Shown: positions 12,916 to 25,841, counted from the first letter of the whole stretch. The stretch: DNA of 62,143 nucleotides, filler included, from Asterionella formosa (GCA_002256025.1; 29 parts of 29 records of this genome joined end to end with filler, not necessarily neighbours in it); one strand, 5' to 3'. Notes: generated from the sequence alone by a model not told the origin. Program-made: numbers and translations.

Positions 12916-14083
12916 CTCAATGCAATTAATGATTGTGGCACTGCTGTTGACTTCATTTGTGGTGGCTTCACATCAAAACTTCAAGTTTGGACATTGGAGT
13001 GAACAAGCCCTTTAAGGGTTTTGTTACTAGGGATGATGCCTAGTATGAGGACTGGATGGTCACCCATCCTCATGGTATGAAGGTGAAGCAACAGGATATC
13101 GCTCAGTGGGTTTGGACAGATTGGGAGAGGGTTTCACAATCGACAATTTTGAACACTTGGAATGCGCTTGGTTACAGTTCAAGTGATGGGTGACTCGATT
13201 TTATTCAAAAAGTTTAACATGTGACTAGAAATATAACTTTATTTTCTGCTGTTAAAGCATGATTTGTAGAAACAATTCAATAGTATCAATGTTCAATAGC
13301 TAAAATCGAAATTTATGATTCCATTTTTGTGTTGAAGCTAGTAGTAGGACTACAAATGATGTGAATCATTATGCATGCTTAAGGAAATGATTCTAGAGTC
13401 TATTTACTGTTCTACAATGTTATATATAATATATAGTATAGAATGCATTTCTATCATATCATTATTGGCTGAGGACTGCTACAACAAATGAACACCTGGC
13501 CTTGAATATCCTCCATCAAGCGAAATGAAGCCATTCTGGCATTACTCTTGCTCTTCTTTCTCATCATAGAATTTTCATTTTCATCACACATTTCTAGAAC
13601 AACCTGTGCAAACTTGCTTGTTGATGTAGAGGCAGTTGTTTTTCTGCCCAGAAACCCAGCAGTACAAAGTTCCATGCCATCCTTGATGAGGACAGCTTTG
13701 GTTGTCTCCAATGGCTTGCCCAATTCATCCTCCACAGCAGCTAGCTTGAACCTTATCACATCATCAGCCTGAACTGCCTTCCCAGCCAAAGCATTCATGT
13801 TACTCACCACACCATGAGGACCCATTGTTGGAAGCATTCAGTCAAAGCAACTCCCCATCCTGGTGGCCATTGATTGTTGTTGATCTTGTTGTTGACATGA
13901 TTAAGAAATAGAATGCATTGGTAGTACCATTAATACTGGCAGTTTATATTGGTAGCATCATTCAATTTCCGCAAAAATCAGAATTATAGCATGTTACTTT
14001 GTCTGTGTCTAGACAATTATTTGAGGGTTTTGTGCCACCCAGAAAAAAATGTGCAGGGGTCCAGGACAATGAAGGATACGGTA
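12916..14083 (+). mobile_element. Right half of a pogo-like (Tc1/mariner superfamily) DNA transposon: transposase 3' end, convergent accessory ORF, right TIR and TA
   Basis: AINDCGTAVDFICGGFTSKLQV-LDIGVNKPFK...DIAQWVW-W---S--TILNTW (DDE_1 C-terminus, frameshift and stop, ends 13193). TIR GGGGTCCAGGACAATGAAGGATACGG at 14056-14081 is followed by TA. Confidence 0.85.
13454..13870 (-). pseudogene. Small accessory gene inside the pogo element, HIRAN-like by inference, frameshifted at its 5' end
   Basis: DGELL*LNASNNG...HEC-GKAVQADDVIRFKL...KAVLIKDGMELCTAGFLGR...KFAQVVLE...MASFRLMEDIQ. The KAV...GFL-R pattern recalls HIRAN (AIxV...xGYxPR). Confidence 0.5.
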
Positions 14084-15379
14084 GAAGATGTAATGAATAT
14101 AAATGTATGTACGTCAGAAATAGTCAGTTGGGGAATGGGAGAAAGTCATACATACAGGAGCCGTGTACAATCCATGGTACCTGTAATATTTCTTTGTGTA
14201 ACGCGCTGGCAAATCACGGGGTGCTTGCCCTTTTCTGCCAGATGGCAAGTAGTTAGCGAATTCTTTAGTGTTCCAATACCACTTTTTGATTAAGCCTCCC
14301 TTTAAACTGGTAGAATATGATTGGATGAGTACCGGTTCATGCAAAAGGATGCATGTTTTAGTCGTACAAAGGTTCTCTTTTCGACCCGAATCGGTATTAG
14401 AGTTCTTCTATTTAGGCCAAACGACTCCCGAGCTTGTTGTGGTTGTTGTTTTCGATTGAACATGTGGATATGCATGTACCTCGTGTCCTCCAAAGCTTCC
14501 GTTAAGGAGAATGGACGGGATGGTATTTAAAACTTTTCGGGAGCTCGATAAAAATTTTGATACCAATTGTCCAACCGGAACTTGGCGCTGATGAGTGAGT
14601 TGGTGAGTCAATAGGTGACGAGTCAGAATTTTACTGAAATGACCCCATCCAGCAATGCCTGCATTGAGTTAACATTTTTCTTTCTCTTTTTTTCGTCAGC
14701 AATTGTGCCACGTATAACTGCTATATAGTCGGAGAAATTAATTTGTAAAGATTTCATTCGTCAGAAAAAACATCGTTTGACGGAGTAATTTATTATTGAG
14801 CTTGATTAAAAGAGGCGGCTATATTGTCTTAAAATTATCAGCTCCTTTCTTATTCGCATTCCCAATCGTCCCTCCATTGCGTCCTCCATGATTGCTTCAG
14901 AAGCCACTGTCCCTATCCTAGGCACTCAAACAAAAATGCACCAAACTCCTGTCAAGACCTTATCCNNNNNNNNNNNNNNNNNNNNNNNNNNNNNNNNNNN
15001 NNNNNNNNNTTAATTAATTAANNNNNNNNNNNNNNNNNNNNNNNNNNNNNNNNNNNNNNNNNNNNCTCTATCCCAGGGGTGTATCAGATATCTGGAAACA
15101 GAAAAATGCTAGATACCACAAGGTATTTGATCTATTCCTTTTTTCAATCTGCATGCACCACGTGGTATGAGCAATTTGATCTTGACTATCCAAACTGTCG
15201 CAATAGTATTTAGAAACGATAACAAATGAAGCTTGCCGTACATTTCTAATTCAGCAAATCGCAATAGTTTAGAGGATTCTAGATTACCTGGTATCAGTAG
15301 ACTGGGGTGCAAATATAGTGTTTACTATGGAATATGTACTGTTGGTATAATGTACCCGCGAAACTACTGTTATATATTC

Positions 15380-15672
15380 TTCAAATTCTGAAGCGCTGGT
15401 CAACAATAAGATTTCCAAGATATTGTGCCAGTGCTATCATTTTTGACCAGGCTCAAAACGCTATTTGGCTTGTCAAGAGTTCGAAACTTTCTTGGGAATT
15501 GTTCCATTGAGATTATTGTTGCCCAGTTCAAGCTTATAATTGGCTCAAACAACATTGAATAGTATTATCCATTATGACAAGTTGTTGGTGCCAGTGAAAC
15601 GATTTTCGTCCAGATACAAACCCTTAAGATTTGTCAAGAATCCGATTTCCATGGGATTGCTACCAGCGAGGA
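15380..15672 (-). pseudogene. Leucine-rich-repeat (plant-type LRR) gene fragment
   Basis: LAGSNPMEIGFLTNLKGLYLDENRFTGT, LKLGNNNLNGTIPKK and VLSLVKNDSTGTI in shifting frames. Confidence 0.65.
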
Positions 15673-15816
15673 TGTGCCCTACAATTGCTAGGATTAAAGT
15701 AGGCACTTGCTGTCCTACGATTGTCAGGATTAAAGTAGTTGCTCGTTTGCTATTGTCAAGATTAAAGTAGGTACTTGTTGCCCTATAATTGTCAGGATTA
15801 AAGAAGGTGCTTGTTG
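15673..15816. repeat. Imperfect tandem repeat, 4 copies of ~32-40 bp (core ATTGTCAGGATTAAAGTAG)
   Basis: Visible directly; it abuts the LRR fragment. Confidence 0.8.
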
Positions 15817-16900
15817 AATGGGAACACACGTTTCATAGGTGACATAAAATACCCGTGTACCGGCAGTATACATATTGAGTACCGGTAAGTCTCTACGTTA
15901 AGAGTTTAGAGTAAGAATCATTATATATACCGGTAGACTAACTAGTCTTTGTAGATGGGCCTCACATCACGTTTTTCAACATGATCCAAAAGAACGTGAA
16001 ATAGAGCGCAAAAGAACGCAGAAAACTTTTGCGGTCTTCTAAGGTATTGTCGTTCGAAGTGAAAATACCATTTATATATGATATCTTGCTCTGTGTTGGT
16101 ATCGATGTTCATCTTGCCCCTGGATGTTTAATGCCATTTTGGAGCTCAAACTCGCTTTGACGAAATGACCATCACGCGTACTTTTCAAGAAGGACGCGAA
16201 CTACGCCAAAGAACGCGAACTTCACAGAAGTTCTCGATCTTCGCAGTAGAACGCGCGACTAGAATTTCGAATGATGTATCGATAATGAACAACGAGGTCT
16301 GTACACGATACACATAAAGGAATTTTTCACATATGAATAGCGAGGAAGTACGGAGTTCCTGTACCTTCCCGGGATGTTCGTTTTGTTTCTTTGCTTTCTT
16401 GATAAAAATACTTTTTTGGTGCTCCATCAACTTCGGGTTTTACGGTACCAGGTACCAGGTACCTGCTACCAGTTATCATGTGAATCGCTCTCAGTATTAG
16501 GTCTGGCTTACACGTACTGTATCAATATGTGTTTTGAAAATTTATGGCTTTAAATAACCAGGTAACTTGGTATATATATATGATATAGCGAAACTATGCT
16601 ATATACTCTAAGTCATGTGTTCTCGTACTACTGGATCATGCATATGCATAGAGAGAGATATTTTTATATACCGGTATTCTAGCATCCCGGTTTGATAAGC
16701 ATGTTTATGTAGCAGGAGTACCGGTACACATGCATGCATGTTATAAAATCTATGTTCGCCGAAAATCGAGTTGTTCCAACTGCCAAAAAGATCGCTACGT
16801 CGGTTCATCAAGGATACCGGTAAGTAAATGGACAAAATCATGTGCTCACAAAATCATTTGAATCACGACCGATAAATTGATCCTTGTTTCTCCTAAAGAA

Positions 16901-17115
16901 ATGATAACGGTTACCAGGATTTTTTATTTCTACGTCGTGGGGATGGTTTGGCTGGGGATGGCATCGTATTTAAACTATACTGGTTTGTTGACACAAATGA
17001 AACTTTTGTCCTCACAAGATGACAATGATGACGCAGTATCGGCTGATACCGACATGATGTTGATGATGGTTCAAAAAGACATGAATGACAATGCATTGCT
17101 GCAAAACCTTGAACC
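16901..17115 (+). CDS. 5' end of a putative type II membrane protein (signal anchor), truncated by contig end
   Basis: MITVTRIFYFYVVGMVWLGMASYLNY hydrophobic segment followed by an acidic stem. Confidence 0.35.
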
Positions 17116-17215
17116 NNNNNNNNNNNNNNNNNNNNNNNNNNNNNNNNNNNNNNNNNNNNTTAATTAATTAANNNNNNNNNNNNNNNNNNNNNNNNNNNNN
17201 NNNNNNNNNNNNNNN

Positions 17216-17425
17216 CTTGGGTGTCTTGTGTGGCGGAAAAGAAAAGACAGGGATAGGACCCTCAAGTTGCTTTCCCTTGTACAAAAGTTTCAACGATGTT
17301 TCGTCTTGGATGATTAAGTTAGATCTTGCCAGAGCAACGAGGCGAGTTCCGGTCGTTTCTACTGTTACTTCCATCGTCACAACGTCGCCACGGTACAACA
17401 AATGAATGGGAAATGGTTCGGCCAT
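17216..17425 (-). CDS. N-terminal ubiquitin-like domain of a larger protein, truncated by contig end
   Basis: IHLLYRG-VVTMEV...SLKLLYKGKQL shows the beta-grasp UBL pattern. Confidence 0.65.
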
Positions 17426-18149
17426 TATTTAGATGGCTTGATTTATTCCGTTTCTTATTTCTAATGCAATCGAAATGTACCGGTAGTTTGACTAGTTTGA
17501 CTTGTTGGTGTTCCTCTTCGAAACGACCCCAAGCAATAAATATGCGAGGGGTTTCTTACCAGAGCCAGGGTGTAATTGGTATTGTTCATTTTTATTCGTA
17601 AGCATTCTTTATGTACGCACGACAACGAAAAAAAGGTACATTGGATGGTCCGGTACGGTAGTCGAGAGTTTTAGCTGAGCTTTTTCGCAAGTAAAAATAT
17701 TGTTTTGTCGGCTGACCTTCCTGGTACGGAGCAGCTAGGAAGATCCAGTCGCGAACATTTTATGCGCACTTTCCAGTTTCGACCCGATCTCAATGATTCA
17801 TCTTATGTCTGCCAGACGAGATAGGTCAGCTTTCGTTGGAAAAAATATTCCTTACGTAGTTTAGGAAGACGTTACTCATATTGACTGATAACAATTTTTA
17901 GAATCAGTCTCTGAAAATTACTGGGATTTGCTGACTGATGAACTTGTTGGTCAGCAAACCGTCTTCTAGCATCAGAATACAAATAGGAATCATGACTTGA
18001 ATTTGCTGACTACGACTAGAACTTGTGGATATGAATAGATTTTCTGAATGACCCTTATGCCTATGAATCATTTACATGAACAGACACAATGGGCCAATGT
18101 CAAAGCTACAGCACATGGATATTATGGCACGGAAATATTTGGAGCAACA

Positions 18150-18800
18150 TATTCCAGAAGCCACTCATCCTCCAAGAGTCCACAATTCTCAAAAAGGACA
18201 TACTTACATGGTCCTCCAATGCAAAGAGAAGCTGCAACCTTTGCATTAGGATAAGAAAGTTCGCTCCACATCAATGTTCCTATCAATTTATTTCTTTGTT
18301 CATTTCCAGCGCCCTCTGAAGTCTATACTGTCTCGCGAGCAGCCGCATCATCGTGAATATGTCGATGGATACTACTGTAGACTGTGTGTTCCAATTGGAC
18401 CACTATTTAATCTCTGGAACTCACCTTTTTTCATTCTTTCTCCTCCTTCAGGATCACATATGCCCATTTTTTTGCAACTAGCTAGTTATATTGGATTGTT
18501 GGTTTCAAGAGGGAAGACCCAGGGATTGTTTCCAGAGGATGCAACTCTTTCCATTGATTCCGTCTCAAGATGGATCGACACGGAAAGAATAACACAATAG
18601 AGCGGCGATATGGCTCCTAGGAGAATTTTTTGAGTGCCTCTCTCTCCTCTTTCACATTCTCCAACCAGCTGGCAGATCAGAGCAAACAAGGGGAAGCGCA
18701 CACAGGGCAGTACATTTTCTATGTTTTTGACAACAATCAACATAGAAAATGTACTCTACAAAAAAATTCTGCACGGTAAATTTTTGAGCTGGTACATACC
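18150..18800 (-). pseudogene. CryptonS-like tyrosine recombinase remnant, copy 1
   Basis: Manual translation through stops and frameshifts: FALICQL...NVKEEREA...ILLGA...YCVILSVSIHLE; GPIGTHSLQ*YPSTYSR*CGCSRDSIDFRGRWK...ID-(Y)ID...AKVAASLCIGGPCKY. This gives the HSxR, RGRW and catalytic Tyr region. Confidence 0.75.
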
Positions 18801-19453
18801 TCATCATACTGACCACATCAATATTTGTCAATACTGTGGAGGTATTTTCTGTCCTCTGTAGAAAACTACCAAGGCCTGCCAGAAAAAACTACCTTGGTAG
18901 AATTTCGGGACTACTATAAACATACTACATAATGTTATATCTATATACATGGTCACAGTCATCATCATGCCTGCTGCAACAGCCTACCTGGTACCAGGTG
19001 AGCATTCCTGCACATCGATACAGATATATATAGAGTTAGGGTTATATCAAATAAATCGGAATTCAATAGTAAGGGAACTCGACTAACACCCAATCTATGC
19101 TTTGATGTCAGTTCAGGAAATGACTTGTACATAAGGATTAATTAATAAGCTCATATATTCAATAAATACTACTACTTCTAGTTAGATACTTCACTTTGAA
19201 TTCAAAAAGAGTCGAATTAGAAGACAACAAACATGGCAATGTATTCAAGGGTTCCTGTGATTCCNNNNNNNNNNNNNNNNNNNNNNNNNNNNNNNNNNNN
19301 NNNNNNNNTTAATTAATTAANNNNNNNNNNNNNNNNNNNNNNNNNNNNNNNNNNNNNNNNNNNNCTTGATCGTGCAGTGAAGGAGGGGACGAGGGAGATT
19401 GACAAGGTCGATGAACAAGGAGACAAGGGAGGAGGGGAGTCCGATAACTAACC

Positions 19454-19616
19454 TGACAAGCTCAAAAGGAGATTGGAAGGTGTGTTTGTTAAAAGATTGA
19501 TTAGATTAAGTTGATATAGAAGAACGATAATTTAAGCAAGATGCATAGGTACTGACAGACAAAGAGACACAGACATGTATTGACACGTCATGTAAAGAGG
19601 TGATTCATAGCTAACA
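19454..19616 (-). repeat. Putative copia LTR (~163 bp, TG...CA) flanked by a PPT upstream and a PBS-like motif downstream
   Basis: Minus strand ATGAGATGGGGGGA|TGTTAG...CTTGTCA|GGTTAGTTATCGG, followed by a pyrimidine-rich leader. Confidence 0.5.
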
Positions 19617-19929
19617 TCCCCCCATCTCATAACAAAATGAGATAAAATGAGTAGAATCAATAATTGTCAAAGAACTGCTGATTTGGCAGGGCGTGCGAGC
19701 GTGGCGACTGCACCATGACCTGCATCAATAAATTGATATCCCTCAAGGATGCCTTGGGTAGATTCATCAATATTTAATTTAATCCTCCTGTTGTCCTTCA
19801 AACCTGAACAAATTTTACGCTGAAGGTGATACCATTGTGGCAGCATTGATAAGTGGAAGTGACGAAATAGCTTTAATCCTATACATAGTCTCTACACATT
19901 ATATTTTTTGGTTTACTCTTCTTATCAGG

Positions 19930-21175
19930 ATGTTGTCTCGACAATCGACATACACCCGAACTACGAGCAACCACGGCCGTGCTACCCAACGCGCTCGTAC
20001 AACAAGAACAACAACACCACTTCTTGTACTCCCCGAGCACCCCCGATGTTCCACACGCCTTCATGGTACTTACCCACGTATCCCAGACGTTTCTCGTACC
20101 AGCCGACCGCATCTTTTCCGTGGTTCGGATCGCCAGCTGCCATCTTCACTCAAGACACTTGGAACCCCTACTGCAACATCACGTGTACACTCAGCGGCTC
20201 CTACTAATCCTATTATGCGTCAAGTCATACCTTACCCTACGATGATCAGCATACAATCTGACCCACTTCATGATCATATCACGACACGTGGTCAACGCCA
20301 TAATTCCTACCACGACCGTATGTCTCTTAAAGAGCGATTCAATACTGCCCCCCGCAGTCGAGTCTCTATGGCTCGCAACATACCTTTGGACGCCCGCTCT
20401 ACTTATAGTGGCCAGCAGTATGATACTCTTACAGATGGGAATACTGTTCACCAGATATGTCTCTTTCCTTGGTGTGGTGTCAAACATATCTGACCCTCGC
20501 TGTTATTGTATTTGTTTTGGTAGTAACCATAAAACTCCCGATTGTTGGCATCTCAATGGACTCTCAGACAACCGGAAAGAACTACTTGTCAAAGCACATT
20601 CTGCTAAAATTGCTCGGCTCCCTCCGTTTGATGCAACCCCTGGTCGACCTCCTTGCGAATCTCTTGGTCACTCTGGTCCACCAGGCACCCCTCCAGAAAA
20701 TACTCAACTCCTTACAGTTCAGGCTATTTCCACCATGCCTGAGGACAAAGATGCAGAACCTACACACCTTCAGTCTGTCATAGATGATATACATATAACA
20801 TCCAGAGAGAACATGTATAACAATGCACCATTTTCTCATCAATACAGCTGGGATGTCCCCGCTCCTCGATCCCCTGGGCCTTGTCATATTGACAATGATC
20901 AGGTTATCACATCTTCCCCAGTATATCATACAGGCATGGTCGCTTTCATTGCTCATATTCGTGATTCACACGAAATTCTTGATGACTTAGCTCTGGTAAA
21001 CTCTTATCCACTGAAGTTCTTAAACAAATCTCTTCCTCTCTACCGCACTCCTCCACTCCTCATCCACCACTGGTCTGGAGTTTGCTGCGAAACTCCATGA
21101 AGGTGAACATTTGATGCATGTGGACGCTGGAGCAAATGGGAATGTCACTTGCATGAGCAATGAATTACACAATGT
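19930..21175 (+). pseudogene. Degenerate LTR retrotransposon gag/protease region
   Basis: Zinc-knuckle-like CYCICFGSNHKTPDC (~20500-20545) and copia protease-like HVDAGANGNVT (~21117-21150), with frameshifts. Confidence 0.5.
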
Positions 21176-21512
21176 TGTGAGCTCCATTGTATCATCGTCA
21201 ATCTTGCAACACAAAATTATAAAATCGTGCTGAAAGGAAAACTTGCAATGACAATGATGGCCTCTGCATGGTAAGTTTGATATGGTTTTTCTTAGTTCTG
21301 AGCTTCTCCTTCTCTCAGCTCAACCTCCTTCCTAATTCATAGCCTCTTAGCTATGAGAGAATTTTCAAGATTCAACCAAGAATGGGTGCCGTTTTCAAAC
21401 CTTTATTGTCTTNNNNNNNNNNNNNNNNNNNNNNNNNNNNNNNNNNNNNNNNNNNNTTAATTAATTAANNNNNNNNNNNNNNNNNNNNNNNNNNNNNNNN
21501 NNNNNNNNNNNN

Positions 21513-22663
21513 CTCAATGCAATTAATGATTGTGGCACTGCTGTTGACTTCATTTGTGGTGGCTTCACATCAAAACTTCAAGTTTGGACATTGGAGTGAA
21601 CAAGCCCTTTAAGGGTTTTGTTACTAGGGATGATGCCTATTATGAGGACTGGATGGTCACCCATCCTCATGGTATGAAGGTGAAGCAACAGGATATCGCT
21701 CAGTGGGTCTGGACAGCTTGGGAGAGGGTTTCACAATCGACAATTTTGAACACTTGGAATGCGGTTGGTTACAGTTCAAGTGATGGGTGACTCTATTTTA
21801 TTCAAAAAGTGTAACATGTGGCTAGAAATATAACTTTATTTTCTGCTGTTAAAGCATGATTTGTAGAAACAATTCCATAGCATCAATGTTCAACAGCTAA
21901 AATCGAAATTTATGATTCCATTTTTGTGTTGAAGCTAGTAGTAGGACTTCAAATGATGTGAATCATTATGCATGCTTAAGGAAATGATTCTAAAGTCTAT
22001 TTACTGTTCTACAATGTTATATATAATATATAGTATAGAATGCATTTCTGTCAAATAATTATTGGCTGAGGACTGCTACAACAAATGTACTCCTGGCCTT
22101 GAATATCCTCCATCAAGTGAAATGAAGCCATTCTGGCATTTCTCTTGCTCTTCTTTCTCATCATAGAATTTTCATTTTCATCACACATTTCTAGAACAAC
22201 CTGTGCAAACTTATTGATGTAGCTAGAGGCAGTTGTTTTTCTGCCCAGAAACCCAGCAGTGCAAAGTTCCATGCCATCCTTGATGAGGACAGCTTTGATT
22301 TTGTCTCCAATGGCTTGCCCAATTCATCCTCCACAGCAGCTAGCTTGAACCTTATCACATCATCAGCCTGAACTGCCTTCCCAGCCTTCCAACCATGAGG
22401 ACCCATTGTTGGAAGCATTCAGTCAAAGCAACTCCCCATCCTGGTGGCCATTGATTGTTGTTGATCTTGTTGTTGACATGATTAAGAAATAGAATGCATT
22501 GGTAGTACCATTAATACTGGCAGTTTATATTGGTGGCATCATTCAATTTCCGCAAAAATCAGAATTATAGCATGTTACTTTGTCTGTCTCTAGACAATTA
22601 TTTGAGGGTTTTGTGCCACCCCAAAAAAATGTGCAGGGGTCCAGGACAATGAAGGATACGGTA
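21513..22663 (+). mobile_element. Second copy or haplotype of the pogo-like right half (transposase 3' end to 21790, accessory ORF ~22051-22450 on minus strand, TIR 22636-22661 plus TA)
   Basis: The whole contig 21513-23559 is colinear with 12916-14965, including the flank beyond the TIR, so this is an allelic or segmentally duplicated locus. Confidence 0.85.
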
Positions 22664-24220
22664 GAAGATGTAATGAATATAAATGTATGTACGTCAGAAA
22701 TCGTCAGTGGGGGAATGGTTGAAAGTCATACATACAGGAGCGGTGTACAATCCATGGTACCTGGTACCTGTAGTTAGTTTCGTGATTTCTAAAACAGCAA
22801 TATTTCTTTGTGTAACGCGCTGGCAAATCACGGGGTGCTTTGCCCTTTTCTGCCAGATGGCAAGTAGTTAGCGAATTCTTTAGTGTTCCAATACCACTTT
22901 TTGATTAAGCCTCCCTTTAAACTGGTAGAATATGATTGGATGAGTGCCGGTTCATGCAAAAGGATGCATGTTTTAGTCGTACAAAGGTTTTCTTTCGACC
23001 CGAATCGGTATTAGAGTTCTTCTATTTAGGCCAAACGACTCCCGAGCTTGTTGTGGTTGTTGTTTTCGATTGAACATGTGGATATGCATGTACCTCGTGT
23101 CCTCCAAAGCTACCGTTAAGGAGAATGGAAGGGATGGTATTTAAAACTTTTCTGGAGCTCGAAACAAATTTTGATACCAATTGTCCAACCGGAACTTGGC
23201 GCTGATGAGTGAGCTGGTGAGTCAATAGGTGACGAGTCAGAATTTTACTGAAATGACCCCATCCAGCAATGCCTGCATTGAGTTTATATTTTTCTTTCTC
23301 CTTTTTTCGTCAGCAATTGTGCCACGTATAACTGCTATATAGTCGGAGTATAATATTTGTAAAGAATTTCATTCGTCAGAAAAAACATCTTTAGCTTGAT
23401 TAAAAGAGGCGGCTATATTGTCTTAAAATTACCAGCTCCTTTCTTATTCGCATTCCCAATCGTCCCTCCATTGCGTCCTCCATGATTGCTTCAGAAGCCA
23501 CTGTCCCTATCCTAGGCACTCAAACAAAAATGCACCAAACTCCTGTCAAGACCTTATCCNNNNNNNNNNNNNNNNNNNNNNNNNNNNNNNNNNNNNNNNN
23601 NNNTTAATTAATTAANNNNNNNNNNNNNNNNNNNNNNNNNNNNNNNNNNNNNNNNNNNNGGTCCATTTGGTAGCTACCTCAGTGGATTGTAAGTGCACAT
23701 GATGGCTACACCAACCATTTTCTGATGATTGGGTTCAAAATACCACTTGCTACTACTTTTGTAATCCTTAGTGAAAAGGGATCGTTATTTTTCTGTGAAT
23801 GTTGATATGATGCTGCTCAAGTCTTTTCTTCATAAACTTTACTGATATTAGTTGAATGGCAATGATGTGTGATCGTAGATACCATATGAGCATGAGAAAA
23901 AGTAGCATATCGAAATGCATAGGCAATTTCAAGCTTTCGATGTCAATTTGTTCCGCGATCGAAGTCTCATGCTATTCTCACGCTAACAAAACGCAAGTGA
24001 ACCCTGCCAGTTAAAGATTATTTTGACGTTTAATAGAACAAATTCTACAGGTCAGTTCTACTACTGCAGCATCTCAGATTATATTGAATTACTGGTATGC
24101 TAAAATATGCATGTACATAAAGTATGATACGAAACAAACCCCTGATGTTCGTTACATGCTAAAACATGTAGAGAGGATCTGTCTCATTCATCGGGTCATT
24201 TGAAAAGAATTTCTAAACTG

Positions 24221-25358
24221 TCACTTGGAAACTCCTGTTTCGTCGCCACCACCCTCCTGAAAGTCTTTCCATTCATCAATGTCGATATCCTCAGTTACAA
24301 CAACTCCTTCCTCGAATTCCTCGTCATCATCAACATAATCATCGTCGTCCACAGTAGAATCATTATCAATCGCGCCTGCTGTGATGCCATCCTCCTCTTG
24401 CTCTTCGAACGTTTTTGATGATGCCAAATGTGTCTTTTCCACCATCTCAAGATCACGTCCAGAAATCGCAGGACCTAATACAGGTGGTGGAGCTGCCGAA
24501 GGAGGAGGTTTTTTCAACAATGGAACACTTGCCACAGGCACTTCTGTCACACCAGACTTGGGTGTCTTGACTTCTCGTTCCTTCACCGGCAGTCCCTTGA
24601 GTTGAATATGAATCTTCTCGCCCTCCTTGAGTGTCAGTGCCCCAAACCCATCCGAAAGCGAACTGTTGCTGCCACTACCACCACTATTGGAGTCTTCATA
24701 TTTGGCATGCAATTGTTCTGCCGCCCGTTCTCGTACCAACGACTGTTCATAATCTTGCAGTGCCATACGAAAGTTACTTGCATCATCACGTTCTCTGAAT
24801 CCCAAACCAAAGTGTGCTGACCGACCTTTGGATGGGTCTTCTATTCGAATGCAGAAGTACCTGGAACTATCTACAACGGCATCGCAAAAGTAACTCATGG
24901 GGTAGGTCGTTGATAAATCAATGTTGGCTTGAGCGAACAAGACAGGTTCGGTTGCACCTGGTGGTCCACCCTCTTTGGGTTTGAGCGCCATGAGAAGGAT
25001 GGTCAAGACATTATCTCGGCGTGCTACTGTCAATTCACATGTTTGCAAAGGGTTCGCCAAGTCCCAGTCATCAGCACTGAGAAAGACAGTTATCAAGTTA
25101 GTGTTAGTTACATTTAGAGAGTTAGGTAGTTACATTAAGAAAGTTAGTTAGTGCCGATATATTATAAATAAATATATTGCGGTATTACTACAGGTGAATA
25201 TATACAGCAATAAAAATCTATATATTATTTGCTGAAATAAAATAAACGTACCGATGACCTCCAGATGTCTTTAGCGAAGGAACTCGATACACAAATACTT
25301 CGTTGACGCTCAGAAGCGTTTGTTTCAAGACGACTTTGTCAGCAACGTCGGTAGACAT
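24221..25358 (-). CDS. NECAP: NECAP-like adaptin ear-binding coat-associated protein (PHear domain); exons 25358-25252 and 25076-24221
   Basis: MSTDVADK...EVFVYRVP...GHR|ADDWDL (GTACGT donor, CTCAG acceptor, 175-nt intron), VVDSSRYFCIRIED, GLGFRERDDASNF, LKEGEKIHI, C-terminal DEWKDF (WxxF). Confidence 0.93.
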
Positions 25359-25841
25359 GATACGCAGGAGCAACGAGAAAAAGCAAAAGAAGGAATAGAT
25401 AAGTCAATAATAACTTTACTCTATTGTTGCTGTAGCGGAGTGATGAAAATAAGGGCAGGGCGCACAAAGTCGAGTATGTGATGGATGGGGATTTCGGCCG
25501 AAAAGAGCATGCGCGCTGGCGGTAAAATAGATTAACCATCAAAACTTAAGATATTAACGTACAAGATATTACGTACAAATGTACAAAAGGCACCATGTAC
25601 AGCACCATACAATATGTAAACTATGTTCCATACAAAGCGTAAGGGCCTATCTTATCAGAGATTCAAATTACTTTTTGTTGTATATTCAGAAAAAAATGAA
25701 TCTTTANNNNNNNNNNNNNNNNNNNNNNNNNNNNNNNNNNNNNNNNNNNNTTAATTAATTAANNNNNNNNNNNNNNNNNNNNNNNNNNNNNNNNNNNNNN
25801 NNNNNNAAGAAATTTACTTAGGTCCATTATAAGGGAAATCT

